Source: Octopus sinensis (Eukaryota). Taken from it: DNA of 64,000 bases. The number at the start of each line of letters is the position of its first letter. Position 1 is the stretch's first letter. Shown here piece by piece: positions 51,034 through 64,000 of this stretch. Under the pieces are notes generated by a model. That model was given only the letters and a program-made list of their open reading frames with translations, did no database searches and was not told the origin of the DNA. Made by a program: the position numbers and the translations under genes. The stretch covers positions 50,654,001 to 50,718,000 of the forward strand of contig NC_043004.1 in the NCBI RefSeq assembly GCF_006345805.1. Reading direction: 5' to 3'.

Positions 51034-52377
51034 GTATACACGACAAGCTTTCTCATAGTTTCCGTCAGCTAAATTCATTCACAGGGCATTGGTTGGCCAG
51101 GGTATATTGCAAAAGACACTTGCTCAAAGTTTCGGGCAGTAAGAATGAACCCGAAACTACATGTTGCCAAGCGAACTTCTAAACCGCACAACCATGCCTG
51201 CACTTATCATCATCATCATAATCATTTCCATCTCTCAATGTCGTGATTTAATTCCTTTAAATTCATTCATTTATGTGTTCTAAAATGATTGTAGAAACCC
51301 TTAAAAGAAAGTTGAAGGTATGAGATTTGGAGTACAGCTGCGTTCAGCGTTCATGAATCTTCGATATCAGTTTTCTTCTCTCCTTAGACATTTCCTTCTA
51401 TCAGCTTCCTCTTTTGAAGTAATCGCATCCAGCGTGTTATTTGCTCTCCATGGGACGACAATCAGCTTCATCAGTGGGACACCAGAAAACATCGATATTA
51501 AAAACATTATAATTACGACATACTTTAACGTGTGTGTATGGCTGAAACTCCAGAAGCTGCGGTTTCGTCCGGAAAAATTCCTTTATAGACGTAATTGCAT
51601 TAAAGAACACAACCTACTTCAGAGCTTGACGAAACGAAATCGCTGAAGTATAGTGTGTCCTTTAAAACTACGTTTATTGAGGAAATATCCCGGACGAAAA
51701 CCGCAGCTGCTGGCGTTTGAACTACACAAAAATTTAAGTATGATGTACTGATAACACTGATAACACGATTCTTGTCCTTTGATAGCAACTGCATTTACTC
51801 TTTGCTTAGCTTACCCCTAGAAAGTTTCAAAAGTGGCTAATATTCCCTTAAATCTTTGCTTTTGTTACATTCTTTGTTACCCCCAAAGAATGCCTCTCAA
51901 CACATGGCTATAATGTTCCCCCCACTATTCCTGGTCATGATCAGAGAAGCACATAATGTCAGCCGCTATGGGACATGCTCAAGTTGCTGAGGTCAAGTAG
52001 AGTTTTTGCTAAAACGATATTTCTGCTTCGGCTACTCAGCGCTGATTTTGTCTGAAATATAATGGAAAATAGGTCAGTTTCAAAACATTGCTGTCGAGGT
52101 CACAAAAGCATGGTTTGAAAAGAATAGTAGTAGTTTCCTTTGATTTCTAGATAAAAGAAAATAGGAAATAACACTTACTGGTCAAAGCGCCCCACCACTA
52201 ACACCAAAAAAAGTTTTTGTTACACAGTGTAATGCTTTATTATAGATCAACTTCTATTGCATAATTTGAATTTATCAATATTAAAGACTTAGAATAATTA
52301 CTTTGGTTAATCCTTGTATTGCTACCTCGGAGTATAAACTGGACGCGTCCCTTCGTGCCATTTCACCTACGCAGACA

Positions 52378-52745
52378 TCTTCATCATCATTGTTCGACCG
52401 TGGTCGAGACAATGGAATTTACCATGCTACGCCAGACTTCACGGTCCATCATGGCATTACGGAGGTCCTGTAGCTGGATGCCTGTATCCCTGGAGATTAC
52501 GTCAGGGTAGGAGAGTGTGCGTCCTCTGGTATTGCGAGTAGATGGCTTCCAGAGAAGAGTAGAAATTACCTCTTTTTCAGCTCTACAACAATGTCCTGCA
52601 AACTGGACTCTCCTACCTTTCACAAGAGATGACACAGGTGGTAGTTTCCCATATATTTGCATTTTGGTTGGATGGCGCTTTCACGAGAGATTTTGAGCTC
52701 TCATAAGGAAGCGAGTGTAGGTTCCATCCAACCGCCTCTCAACCG
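52378..52745 (-). mobile_element. RTE-like LINE 3' fragment with (TGA)n tail
   Basis: ORF 52387..52662 is nearly identical to the peptide of 30196-30446. Confidence 0.8.
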
Positions 52746-53065
52746 CAGACATCTTAGGCAATCGAAGATCTAGCGTTCATTGAAGCTGTTAATGTAAGAT
52801 TTAAGTCTCAATGCTGTTGTGTTTGGTATAATCAAGAATTTTGTTATTCGTAAACATGGCCGGGAAATGTGCAAGAATGATTGTAGCTTTGTCTGTGGAA
52901 CCGTTCCAAACTTACGTCTTTTTTGGTAACACTGTTAGGCTTCAACCACTATGTATGTACGTATGTACGTATGTATATATGTATGTATGTATTTATGTAC
53001 ACACATATACACGCACACACACATATACACACACATATATATACACACATACATGTATCTATATC

Positions 53066-53098
<33 letters not shown>

Positions 53099-53124
53099 TA
53101 TATATATATACATATATACATGCA

Positions 53125-53158
<34 letters not shown>

Positions 53159-53235
53159 CATAACTACATGCATACATACACATATGTATGTTTTTGTATG
53201 CATGTATTTACCGCACACATACACACGCACGTACG

Positions 53236-53286
<51 letters not shown>

Positions 53287-53319
53287 TATATACATACACA
53301 CACACACACACACACACAT

Positions 53320-53732
53320 ACTCTTTTACTCTTTTACTTGTTTCAGTCATTTGACTGCGGCCATGCTGGAGCACCGCCTTTAATCGAGCAACTCGACCCC
53401 GGGACTTATTCTTTTGTAAGCCCAGTACTTATTCTATCGGTCTCTTTTGCCGAACCGCTAAGTAACGGGGACGTAAACACACCAGCATCGGTTTTCAAGC
53501 AATGCTAGGGGGACAAACACAGACACACAAACATACACGCACACACATATATATATATACATATATGCGACGGGCTTCTTTCAGTTTCCGTCTACCAAAT
53601 CCACTCACAAGGCATTGGTCGGCCCGGGGCTATAGTAGAAGACACTTGCCCAAGATGCCACGCAGTGGAACTAAACCCGGAACCATGTAGCTGATTAGCA
53701 AGCTACTTATCACACAGCCACTCCTGCGCCTA
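53320..53732 (-). mobile_element. SINE family A, full length
   Basis: Complete head and 3' module. Confidence 0.92.
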
Positions 53733-54558
53733 TATATATATATATATATATATATGCGTATATCAATCCTAGTATATGACTGGTATTTATTTTACTAATA
53801 CAGGAATAATAAAGTCAATGTCAGCGCCGTCAGGATTTAAACTCGGAATGTGAGGTGAAACTAAATAGCTATCAGTACGATTCCATTCAGTGCTCGACTA
53901 ATTCTAAAGTTGGAACAGATCCAGAAGTTTGTCATTTGAACTGAATATAGCATATAACCGATATTTATAAATTTCTAAATCCTTGACGGGGTTAGTGGCA
54001 AAATGCATGTGAATGTTCCGTATGCTAGAAATGGCAGCTAGTGTCTTTCAAATTACAGCTAACTATTTTTTAATTTTGTTTTTCTAATTTTGGCTCAAAG
54101 CCTGCAATTTTTAGGTGGGTGAAGTCGATTACATCTAGTACTAATTTATCGGCCCCAAAAGTATGAAAGCGGCATTCGAAATCGAAACGCAAATAACAGA
54201 AAAAAATATTATCAATCATTTTGTCAGATGTGCTAAAATGTAATAATAGCTTCAAATTTTGGCACAAGGTCAGCACTTTTGCTGGAAAGAGGCTGGTTGA
54301 TTACATCAACCCGAGTGCTCAACTGATAATTATTTTATCGAGCACGAAAAGATGAAAGGTAAAATTAACTTGGCGGAATTTGAACACAGAAGGTAAAGAA
54401 CCGGAAGAAATATTGCTAATCTTTTTGTTCATCTTCATTAACGATTCTGCTACCCCGCCACCTGATTGCAGCCTATCATCCTGAAAACGAAAGAAAACGG
54501 CAGATAAGGGTTTGTTTTGTGTGTGTGTATATATATAGATATATATATATATATATTG

Positions 54559-54648
<90 letters not shown>

Positions 54649-54653
54649 TTATG

Positions 54654-54726
<73 letters not shown>

Positions 54727-55026
54727 TATATATACACGTTTCGATTCCAAATGCCGCTTTCATACTTTTGGGGCCGATAAATTAGTACTAGCTGAGCACT
54801 GGAGTCGATGTAATCGACTTCACCCCACCTAAAATTTTGTTTATTTTTAGTAGTTTTGACCGCATTGGTCCCTCTTAGCGTGTTGGTATCTACGAATAGT
54901 AGTACCCTCAATATAATATAAATGAATATTTTCAAAGAGGAAGAATTTACGGATTTTTTCTCTTACGAGGTTTTTCACGCTGACTACTGATAATTTCTTT
55001 TAAAGATTTTATCCTCAATTGTTAAA

Positions 55027-55084
<58 letters not shown>

Positions 55085-55310
55085 TATATATATATACACA
55101 GATGCAGCACGAAGTTTTGTCAGTGAACAGGTCGCAGTCTCAAAGCGACGAAAATATTTTGACAAATTAAATTTAAATGTTGAAGTGAATCTAACGGTTT
55201 TTGTGTGTTTCTTAAATGGCTTATAAACACCTTCCATGCTGCAATTGTTTTCGTTTCAGCACACGATTTCAGATCAAGTCACTCGCTATGCAAGTACATC
55301 TCCGTAATAT

Positions 55311-55353
<43 letters not shown>

Positions 55354-55369
55354 ATATATATATTATATA

Positions 55370-55576
55370 TATAGTTAATCCAAACATGAAACCACAAAGA
55401 GAAAACACAACAACGCGAGGACGTGGAACAAGTATAGTGTTATTGGACGCTCAAGAAAGGAAAGAAAGAAGGGGGATTTAACGTGTCGAGCGGAGCTCTT
55501 CGTCAGAAACATAGGAAAAAGAAAGATCCAAGGAAGGGAAGACGGGGGAAAAAATCACCAACGATACACACGCGGT

Positions 55577-55580
<4 letters not shown>
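55370..55580 (-). mobile_element. Family G Penelope-like terminal repeat remnant
   Basis: Hammerhead motif at 55476-55510 with GAAA mutated to GACA. Confidence 0.62.
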
Positions 55581-55620
<40 letters not shown>

Positions 55621-55930
55621 TTCTAACTTTATTGAATTTTGTGCATTTAAACAAGATGATCCACATTTTTTATATTATTGAATGTTATGAATATTTAAAT
55701 TATATTTGATATTATTGAAACTTGTAAACATTGAAACTTTTAAACATGTTTTCCTAATTCATAATTTAAAATGTTTACCATTGACAAACAAAAAATAGCG
55801 TTGAAACTAGTTTGGTATGTGTGTAAATATATTTATTTAAAAACAATTACAAGTTCTTCAAATTTAGGTGTATTTTCAACAACAAATTTTCCTAAATTTT
55901 TTCCTGCGTGGAAATACACCTCCTGTTTTG

Positions 55931-55965
<35 letters not shown>

Positions 55966-55972
<7 letters not shown>

Positions 55973-56182
55973 ATGCTGAAAAGTTCCAGGCTCTAGGGTG
56001 TCGCGAAAGGACTGGCTGGAGGCTCAACCTTCCGAGATCTCGTACAGGGCCTAGAAAAGCTGAAGGACTGTTAACAATAAGTGTGTGAATCTGAGAGAGG
56101 GATACATTGTATAAAATCATAACCAACTGATCCTTCTGTATTTCCTTTTACTCAAAGCCAGGAACTTTTCAGCAACCCCTCG
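55966..56182. mobile_element. Mariner-type MITE, 217 bp
   Basis: TIRs cgaggggatgctgaaaagttcc / ggaacttttcagcaacccctcg; TA on the right, CA repeat on the left. Confidence 0.8.
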
Positions 56183-56505
56183 TATATAAGGCAAAAATTC
56201 ACCTTTTAGATGGGAAAGTGTTTTATTGGGATTTCGTACCAGACAAGCGATGTGAACAATAAGCAATGTTCTGTTAAATTTCGTTTAGCTATTATGAGTG
56301 GACATGGTTATAGTCATAGGAGACGGCTGACATTGAAATTTCTCACCGTCCAACAAACATATAAGCAGGAAGTTGACATTACGTACACGTTTACGGTCGG
56401 CCCCCAGATACAAGGACATAAACGCCAGATAAGGGTTCTGAGATTCTGAAGTCATAAACGCCGCCATTCGAGCAATAGTTCAGGGAAGATTTAACACTGA
56501 GCGAA

Positions 56506-56570
<65 letters not shown>

Positions 56571-57134
56571 TTTTCTATGTTGTTATTGATTAACTCCAAG
56601 GCCAAGCTTAGCTGCGGAAACGTTTGACAACAACAACATCAAAATAGGATTTCAGCCATGACCGGCGGTGAGGGTGTTGTTATTCTTATGGTTGTTGTTG
56701 GTGGTAGCAGCGGCGGTGGTGGTGGTGATGGTAGTGCTAACGGTGGTGTTGGAGTTGGTAATGGTGACGGCGGCTGTGATTTGAGATAGATTTGGTTGCT
56801 ATTTCTAGCAGGTCAAACGAATACCCACAGGATCCAAGCTCGCACGTTTATGTCGATCAAATCCTATTAATTGTTATTATTTTTACGAATATATATGTAC
56901 GTATATTCTTTTAAGCTTTTCGTTGTTTTACTATTTGAATTGCGGCCATGCTGGGGCATCGCCTTCAAAGATTTTAGGCAATCTAATCAGCTCTTGTACT
57001 TATATTAAGCCTCATATTCCACCAGTTCTGTTTTGCCGAACTGCTAAGTTACGGTGTCGTAAACAAATCTACACCGATTGTCAAGCAGTGACAAACATAT
57101 ATAAAACACGCACGCACTCACACATAAACGCGCG

Positions 57135-57173
<39 letters not shown>

Positions 57174-57499
57174 TCTCTCTCTCGCTCTCGCTCTCTCGCT
57201 CTCTCCCCCTCTCTCTCTTTCTCTCTCCCCCTCTCTCTCTCTGCTGACACGCTAAATTACAGAACGTAAACAAAACGTTCCAACCGCGGCCACAGCGTCA
57301 GGACATGGCTGCTATTTCTGTTTGACTGTAGAAACTAACACGTTCAACAAATATTATTATAGTTGCTTGTAATCTCACAAATGATAAATAAAAATATGAT
57401 AAAAACCAAATTAGTTTGATGAAGAAATGATGACGTCAGTAGTTTTTGCATTTATATATCTTTAGATAAGGTAATATCTAAGACTCGACCTGGAGAAAA

Positions 57500-57840
57500 G
57501 TTAGCACGCCGGGCGAAATGCGTAGCCGTATTTCGTCTGCCGTTACGTTCTGAGTTCAAATTCCGACGAGGTCCACTTTGCCTTTCATCTTTTCGGAGTC
57601 GGTTAAATAAGTACCAGTTACGCACTGCGGTCGATATAATTGACTTAATCCGTTTGTCTGTCCTTGTTTGTCCTCTCTGTGTTTAGTCCCATGTGAGTAG
57701 TAAAGAAATAGGTATTTCGTCTGCCGCTACGTTCTGAGTTCAAATTCCGCCGAGGTCAACTTTGTCTTTCAACATTTCGGGGTCGATAAATTAAGTAGCA
57801 GTTGCGTACTGGGGTCGATCTAATCAACTGGACCTCTCCT
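57500..57840 (+). mobile_element. SINE family B, tandem dimer
   Basis: Two units, as at 11647-11985. Confidence 0.82.
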
Positions 57841-58097
57841 AAAAAAAACTTTTGGGGCATTCTGCTGAAAATAGAAAAGGATATTTAAGACTTAACGATA
57901 TTATGCTGCTCAACGAAACGAAAACTTGTTGCTCTACAAGTATTAAAGAAAACAGTTGTGTGTGTTTGGGTGGGTGTGTGTGTGTGTGTGTGTGTGTAGG
58001 GGTGTGGGTATGTTCAAGGAAAAAGCGGAGCACTTCCGACTCATTGTCTTCTTGTCATACAAAGCTACTGTAATTTGACATAGTTTTGGCACTATTT

Positions 58098-58131
<34 letters not shown>

Positions 58132-58208
58132 ACACTGTTGATTTGAGCGCAAATATGAATCTTTCTCTCTCTCCCACTCTCTCTGTATATATATATATCT
58201 ATATATAT

Positions 58209-58270
<62 letters not shown>

Positions 58271-58468
58271 CATGTGTGCGTTGTGTATGTATACATACAC
58301 ATGCACACACATACATACACACATACGCCCCCCCCCCAAGAAAAGAAGTGCACCCTTCTAAATAATGTTATTACGCCCTTTTCTCCTAGAATTATATTCC
58401 TTTCTGACCTTGTGCCCTTCCCTCGAAAAATTCCTGGGACCGCGCCTGTACATACATACATACATACA

Positions 58469-58499
<31 letters not shown>

Positions 58500-58619
58500 T
58501 CATGTACAATATATATATATAAATATACGCATACGTGTATGTATATATGTATATATGTATATATATAAGTTTGTGGTGTTGAATGTTACGGTTGGTTGAA
58601 CAGGATGTTCTCTGCTATT

Positions 58620-58960
58620 GCTGATAAGAAAGGAAACACTGGATTTTGTAGGGATTTACGTTTAATCTACTTTTATGGAGACACTTTTAGGATGCCTTAA
58701 GTTGAGGTCGGGTATATTTTGTAATACTGTCGCGTGAATGATTGGAGGATAGGGGTGTGACGTCATTGCTGAATGAAGCAGCTTGTCTAACTCTGAAGAT
58801 CTAAGAAGGTCAGGTCCTGTAGGCAGAGTTTGATAAGAGTGGGAGAGAGTACGGTTCCCTGTGATGCTCCTTTCGGGAAATTACAAAATATGGAAGTCTT
58901 CTTGTACGCTACATCGACTTAGCAGCCCAACTGGTAATTTTCCAAGCCATTATTTTGTCT
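58620..58960 (-). mobile_element. Decayed LINE RT fragment (clade uncertain)
   Basis: Reverse complement KGASQGTVLSPTL..LQDL followed by a degenerate FSNDV. Confidence 0.5.
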
Positions 58961-59114
58961 TGTGTCTCAAAGTGGTGTTGAATATTTTGTACAAATGGAT
59001 AATGGCGAACAGAGTCGAAAGCTTTCCTGATAATGGTTCTAAATTTTGGAACAAGGCTATCAGTTTCGAGGAAGGGGCAAGCCGATTATATGGATCCCAG
59101 TGTTCTATGGGTAC

Positions 59115-59395
59115 TTATTTAATCGATCGCGAAAGGATGAAAGACAAAGTCGACATCGGCGGATTTTGAACTCAACGTACTGACGGACGAAATACCTATT
59201 TCTTTACTACCCACAAGAGGCTAAACACAGATGGGGACAAACAAGGACAAACAAACGGATTAAGTCGATTACATCGACCCCAGTGCGTAACTGCTACTTA
59301 ATTTATCGACCCCGAAAGGATGAAAGGCAAAGTGGACCTCGGCGGTATTTGAACTCAGAACGTAACAGCAGACGAAATACGGCTACGCATTGCCA
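59115..59395 (-). mobile_element. SINE family B, partial dimer
   Basis: gaaaggatgaaagacaaagtcgac and tttctttactacccacaagaggctaaacacag. Confidence 0.8.
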
Positions 59396-59943
59396 ACTCA
59401 CCGCCTTAAGTTTACTCATATTAATGTTACGTATAGGATATTTCTATATTTTCTTCTTTTATCAATTACTTGATCCAATCATTGGGCTGCGGTCATGCAG
59501 GGGCACCGCCTTGGAGGGTTTAGTCGAACAAATCAACACTAGTATTTTTGTATCAGGTTCTTATTGTATCGGTCTCTTTTGTCGAGCCTCTAAGGTACGG
59601 TGTCTGTCTTTTGTGGCTTCAACTATCTTGTTGAACCAAGCACCAATTGTAATACCCATCATTGTTTCATTCTACCTTCCCTGATATTGATTATCCAAGA
59701 ACTGTATGTCCTAATGGAATCATTCACCATGCTCGTCTAACACGGCTAGAAGAGTCGGTAGGAAGAGTGGACTTAGAGCCGCTCAAGTGACGTTTGTATC
59801 CCAGACTTCTTTAACCTTCCAGACATTCTTCGATAGGAACTTTGTAATTCTCAGTTTTGTTGTTATCCATAAACCAAAGATGTAACCTCTATTTGTTGAT
59901 TCAAAAGTTGGACGAGTTGGAATCAGAAGTTGTTTGTCGTGTA

Positions 59944-60322
59944 CAGGGCCAGATTTATGAATGACTCAATATGGGCCCGGGGACCCCAAACTCGGGATTC
60001 CTAAACTCAAAGATTGGAGTTAAAAATTAAAAAATCGCAACAGTCAAATGAATAATCTGTAACTTATTTATTTGTTTAATTTTTTTAATCCAATAGAATT
60101 CTTTTTAAATTATTGAACCTTCTTTTAGGCTTAAAAAACTATTTATTTTAACTGAATCCCTCTGAATCTACCAGGGTCGTTTTAAGTTTTGGGGCCTCTT
60201 CAAACTATTTGGGATCCCTAGATTTAATGGGTCCCTCTTTAGTATTATAGTTTTGTATCAGCAAATTCATAGGTGTTTACCGAAACTTATTGGCATAAGA
60301 ACCTCGTCTAAATCCAGCCTTG
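59944..60322. mobile_element. hAT-like non-autonomous element
   Basis: Termini cagggccagattta / taaatccagccttg; only a degenerate 8-bp TSD. Confidence 0.5.
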
Positions 60323-60497
60323 TTCATGTGGCACTGGTACAACTGAAGATGGGATCTTTAGATAAATAAGTTTCTTCGCATTTTCGTATCTTGTGATCCT
60401 TTTATAAGTAGACACGTCCGCCATACAGAAATAGCTGTTGTTTAAATAGTTTGTTGGTTCATAGGTTTCTTCTGTACATTATTAACAAAAGATACTC

Positions 60498-62130
60498 AGG
60501 GGAGAAACAGCGTGTCTGCCTATGCCGACGACGTCACCGTGTTGGTGTCGAGCCACAAGCACATTGACCTGATTGGCGAGACGCTAAACGAGTACGAAGC
60601 GGTGACATGAGCAAAGATTAACGCGGAAAAGTCTGTGGGCTTGCAACTGGGCACCTGGAGAGGCAAGCCCATGCCGTCCAACAGCGTCGTAGGGCGCTGG
60701 ACAGACGGACCCGTTAAACTGTTCGGGGTCTGGTTCGGTCCGGACCTCCAGGTGGATAAAAGCTGGGAAGAAGTGACGAGCAGGGTGGCCAAACTCACCC
60801 AGAAATGGGCCGAGGGGAAGCTGTCCCTGAAAGGTCGAGCGAAGGTGGTAAATGCATACATCGCATCCATCATCTATTACCGCATGACCGTCGTCCCTTG
60901 TCCCGACCGCTGGTCGGCCAAGCTGGTACGTCTGCTCTTCGACTTTTTGTGGAAGGGTCAGGTACCACTGGTCAGGCGATCCATCTGCTGTCAACGGCCG
61001 CTGAACGGAGGCCTTGGCATGCCGTGGTTACTGATGCGCAGACATGCGCTCAGGCTGCGACATCTCAAGCGTTTTCCTAGACGGTGAACAGGTGTGGTCG
61101 TCGTTTGTCAGACGCGAATTACCGCAGCTCGTCTCTTTGACAGAGCTGCAAACCTGGATCAAACGTAGACCGAGAAAGGGCGCTTGGCACCTCGAGTGCC
61201 GTCAAGCTCTCTCCGCCCTCCGCCAAGCGAGCAATGCGATCGGTAGTAGTTCAACTCTAGCGTTCTATAGAAGGTTAGTAGAAGAAAAGTGCTACAACGT
61301 TCTCGGGGAAACTCTAGGCGTTGATGATAACGAACTGAGCGGTCTGTTTGGAAGAACTTTCGGGCCGGGGCCAATGGATAATTTCCAAAGGTCCCTCACC
61401 TGGCAGTGCTACCGAGGAGCTCTGTCTGTTCGAGATAAACTCTACCGACACGGAAGTGCCGTCAGCCGGGCCTGTCCGAGGTGTTGCCAGGACGACGAAA
61501 CCGTTCTGCACGCACTCGTCCAGTGCCCGAGTATTGCTGAACTATGGGCTTATGTCGAACAGCTACTGTCACGTATAGGACGGATCCGGCTATCAGCTGA
61601 ATCTATACTGAAGATTGCCCCGCCGACCGCCTTCAACAAGGAGGGCAAGGCCGTTTTCCTGTGCCTAGTGGCTGTGGCGAAAGAGGTTGTATGGTGGACC
61701 CGTTTGAAAGGGCTAAAGTCAGACACTTTCCTCTTTGGTCAAGGCCTCATCAACTTTTTCAAGTTTCACTTGAAAGGAAGATGAGAGGAGAGTGCTGTCT
61801 GATAACAAGTTTTCTGAAAGGTGGGTGAATTGTGCAAGAATGGCCAGTATAAATGGACCAATTATGAGGTTTCACCTGTAACTGAAAAAGGTATTATAAA
61901 AGGAGAAAGGGGCTCTCTACCCACCTTTTTTTGACCAGGCTCCCGTGGCTTTATGGGTTTTCCACCAGGAACCTTTTGTAACGCCTCCCTCTATTGGGAG
62001 TTTTTCGTTGTTATATTATTTGATTGTTACACTGTTTTTACACGATTTTTTCACAAACGGACAAAACCCTGTTTTGTCCCTTTATGTTTTCTAATCATAT
62101 TTGTCAGCCCTTGTGGCCAAAAAAAAGAAT
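60498..62130 (+). mobile_element. Tx1/L1-clade LINE, 5'-truncated, second subfamily
   Basis: SVSAYADDVTV, KLSLKGRAKVVNAYIAS, GGLGMP, WQCYRGALSVRDKL..CPRCCQDDETVLHALVQC; 3' UTR ends agcccttgtggcc(a)n then (TTA)n. Confidence 0.92.
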
Positions 62131-62132
62131 TA

Positions 62133-62189
<57 letters not shown>

Positions 62190-62339
62190 GTGGTTGTTGA
62201 TGCTGTTGTTTACGTACTCTTTTTACATTAGTAGAACTGGTGTCCCCATCTTGATCGTTGCGGCCGTTGTACGGTGGGAAGTGTACAGAATAAATTCCTC
62301 ATACCCAAAATATAGAATTGTGTTGTTGTTATTGTTGTT

Positions 62340-62486
62340 AATAATAATAATAATAATAATAAATAATAATAATAATAATATAATAATAATAATAATAATA
62401 TAATAATAATAATAATAATAATAAATAATAATAATATAATATAATAATAATAATAATAATAATATAATAATAATAATAATAATAAT

Positions 62487-62517
<31 letters not shown>

Positions 62518-62545
62518 CAATAATAATAATAATAATAACAATAAT
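62340..62545. repeat. (AAT)n microsatellite
   Basis: Directly visible. Confidence 0.95.
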
Positions 62546-62644
62546 AAAGATTTCAAATTTTTGCCACAAGGGCATCTTGAGGGAGGGGATTAAGTTGATT
62601 ACATCGACCCCAGTGCGTAACTGGTACTTAATTTATCGACTGTG

Positions 62645-62960
62645 CAGTGGGAACTCTCTCAAATAGCGTATTTTTAATCATTTGTCCTTCAGAGTCCCGG
62701 AAAGGCGATACGTGGCATCGCTGGCCAGCCATATCTAGCAATTACGAGACGAAGAGATTCCATACTCGATATCATGGAACATACTCGAGAAACCAGGCCC
62801 TTGTATAAACATGGCGAAATGGTTCAAGTTATGCATTGCCGTACGCACGAGGTTTCTTAAAGACTCGCTCGTGCCAGGAGACATCTTGAACACCTGGACG
62901 GAGATTTTTGGACCATGCTTGCATTTTAGAAAATTGCAGCTAAAAATTGATAGCCAAAAA
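62645..62960 (+). mobile_element. Penelope-like element, C-terminal GIY-YIG endonuclease region, decayed
   Basis: K*RIFNHLSF..SLASHI*QLRDEEIPYSISWNIL..KLCI..ILNTWTEIFGPCLHFRK fits the Penelope C-terminal pattern. Confidence 0.7.
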
Positions 62961-63711
62961 CGAAGGGAAACAATCGTTTACCTTCGCGGCCCTTTGGTGA
63001 CCGCAAGATGGTAGAGCAGGCGGAGATCGATGGACAATGGCAAAAGGAGATAATCACCTAGGGTCTTATCCTTAAAAACGAGGCTTTTCCCCTCCATATT
63101 TTAAAGAGGTCTCAGACCAGCAGTGTTTGGGGCGTGAAGGTACGCCGTAGGGCTAAACCCCTTATGAGCGAGAAACCCAGGGTAAGCCCATAAACCGACC
63201 TACCTCACTACAATATATATATATATAATGTCTAAAAGTTCATGAACCATCTATTGATCCCCTCCATTTTCTTATTGCTATATATATATATATATATATA
63301 TATATTAAGGTATGTAGAAAAATACAACATGGACAAGAACGTATAACTCATAGAAGACGATACAATAACATGGACAGGACATTCGAACCCCTCAGTCTTC
63401 AGTCAAGAACCGGATCATCGTAGTAATTTCGGCTGATTAATCTTGAGATTACTAGATCACGGCCAGCCTCAAGAAAACTAAGCTGGAAATATATATATAT
63501 ATATAATATATATATATATATATAATATATATATATATGATTCATAATTAAGGTGCAGAAATGGCCTATTCCGAATGAACAAGGTAATGTAATCCGATGG
63601 TTGAAAGAATTCCGCAAATTAGGTACTCCAAAGTCAGCCCGGCAGTTCGTGTGAGCGTGTGATAAATCGTAAATTCCCCCCACCCCACCCCAAAAAACGA
63701 AGAACAAACAA

Positions 63712-64000
63712 CAACTCGAGGATGTGATACAAGCAAAGTATTAGCAGACGCTCATGGAAGGAAAGAAATCTGGTTTTACGTTTCGTGCAAAGCTCTTCGT
63801 CAGAAACAGGAAACGGAGGAAAGTCCAGGAGAAAAGGAAGACGGAGGAAAAAAATCGTGAACGGTCCTCGTGGATCGTTCGTGATTTTTTTCCCTCGGTC
63901 TCCTGTTTCTGACGAAGAGCTTTGCTCGAAACGTAAAACCAGCTTTCTTTCCTTCCCTGAGCGTCTGCTAATACTTTGCATGTACCACGTCCTCGTGTTG
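63712..64000. mobile_element. Inverted pair of family G repeats, each with a hammerhead motif
   Basis: About 63712-63865 (-) and 63870-64000 (+) are reverse complements; motifs at 63773-63807 (-) and 63905-63939 (+). Confidence 0.8.
63905..63939 (+). ncRNA. Minimal type I hammerhead motif
   Basis: gttt-CTGACGA-a-gagc(ttt)gctc-GAAA-cgta|aaac. Confidence 0.72.

Noticed and set aside
59690-59940. Possible further R4-like fragment on the minus strand
   Set aside because: Only vague motif resemblance (IPLGHTVL); too degenerate to call.

Overview
AT-rich eukaryotic genomic DNA, very dense in microsatellites ((TA)n, (TATG)n, (GATA)n, (TAA)n, (GTA)n) and transposon debris. The repeat families and composition suggest a coleoid cephalopod, probably Octopus (inference). 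I recognise no host protein-coding gene, rRNA, true tRNA or CRISPR array; almost all listed ORFs are translations of microsatellites or SINEs. The window holds four tRNA-like SINE families (labelled A-D here); decayed LINEs (two Tx1/L1-clade, several R4/Dong-clade, several RTE-clade, one Penelope-like GIY-YIG tail); a mariner and a Tc1 fused tail-to-tail; hAT, mariner and Kolobok-like MITEs; non-autonomous Helitrons; and a 100-N gap. Best leads: (1) a near-perfect 268-bp inverted repeat (20357-21309) with an intact type I hammerhead ribozyme in each arm; (2) minimal hammerhead motifs with compensatory stem changes scattered through Penelope-like terminal repeats; (3) a SINE whose 3' tail matches a Tx1 LINE in this window; (4) a template-switch-like 0.8-kb inverted duplication; (5) microsatellite-associated LINE insertions. 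All assignments were made by eye without database searches; many repeat boundaries are approximate.
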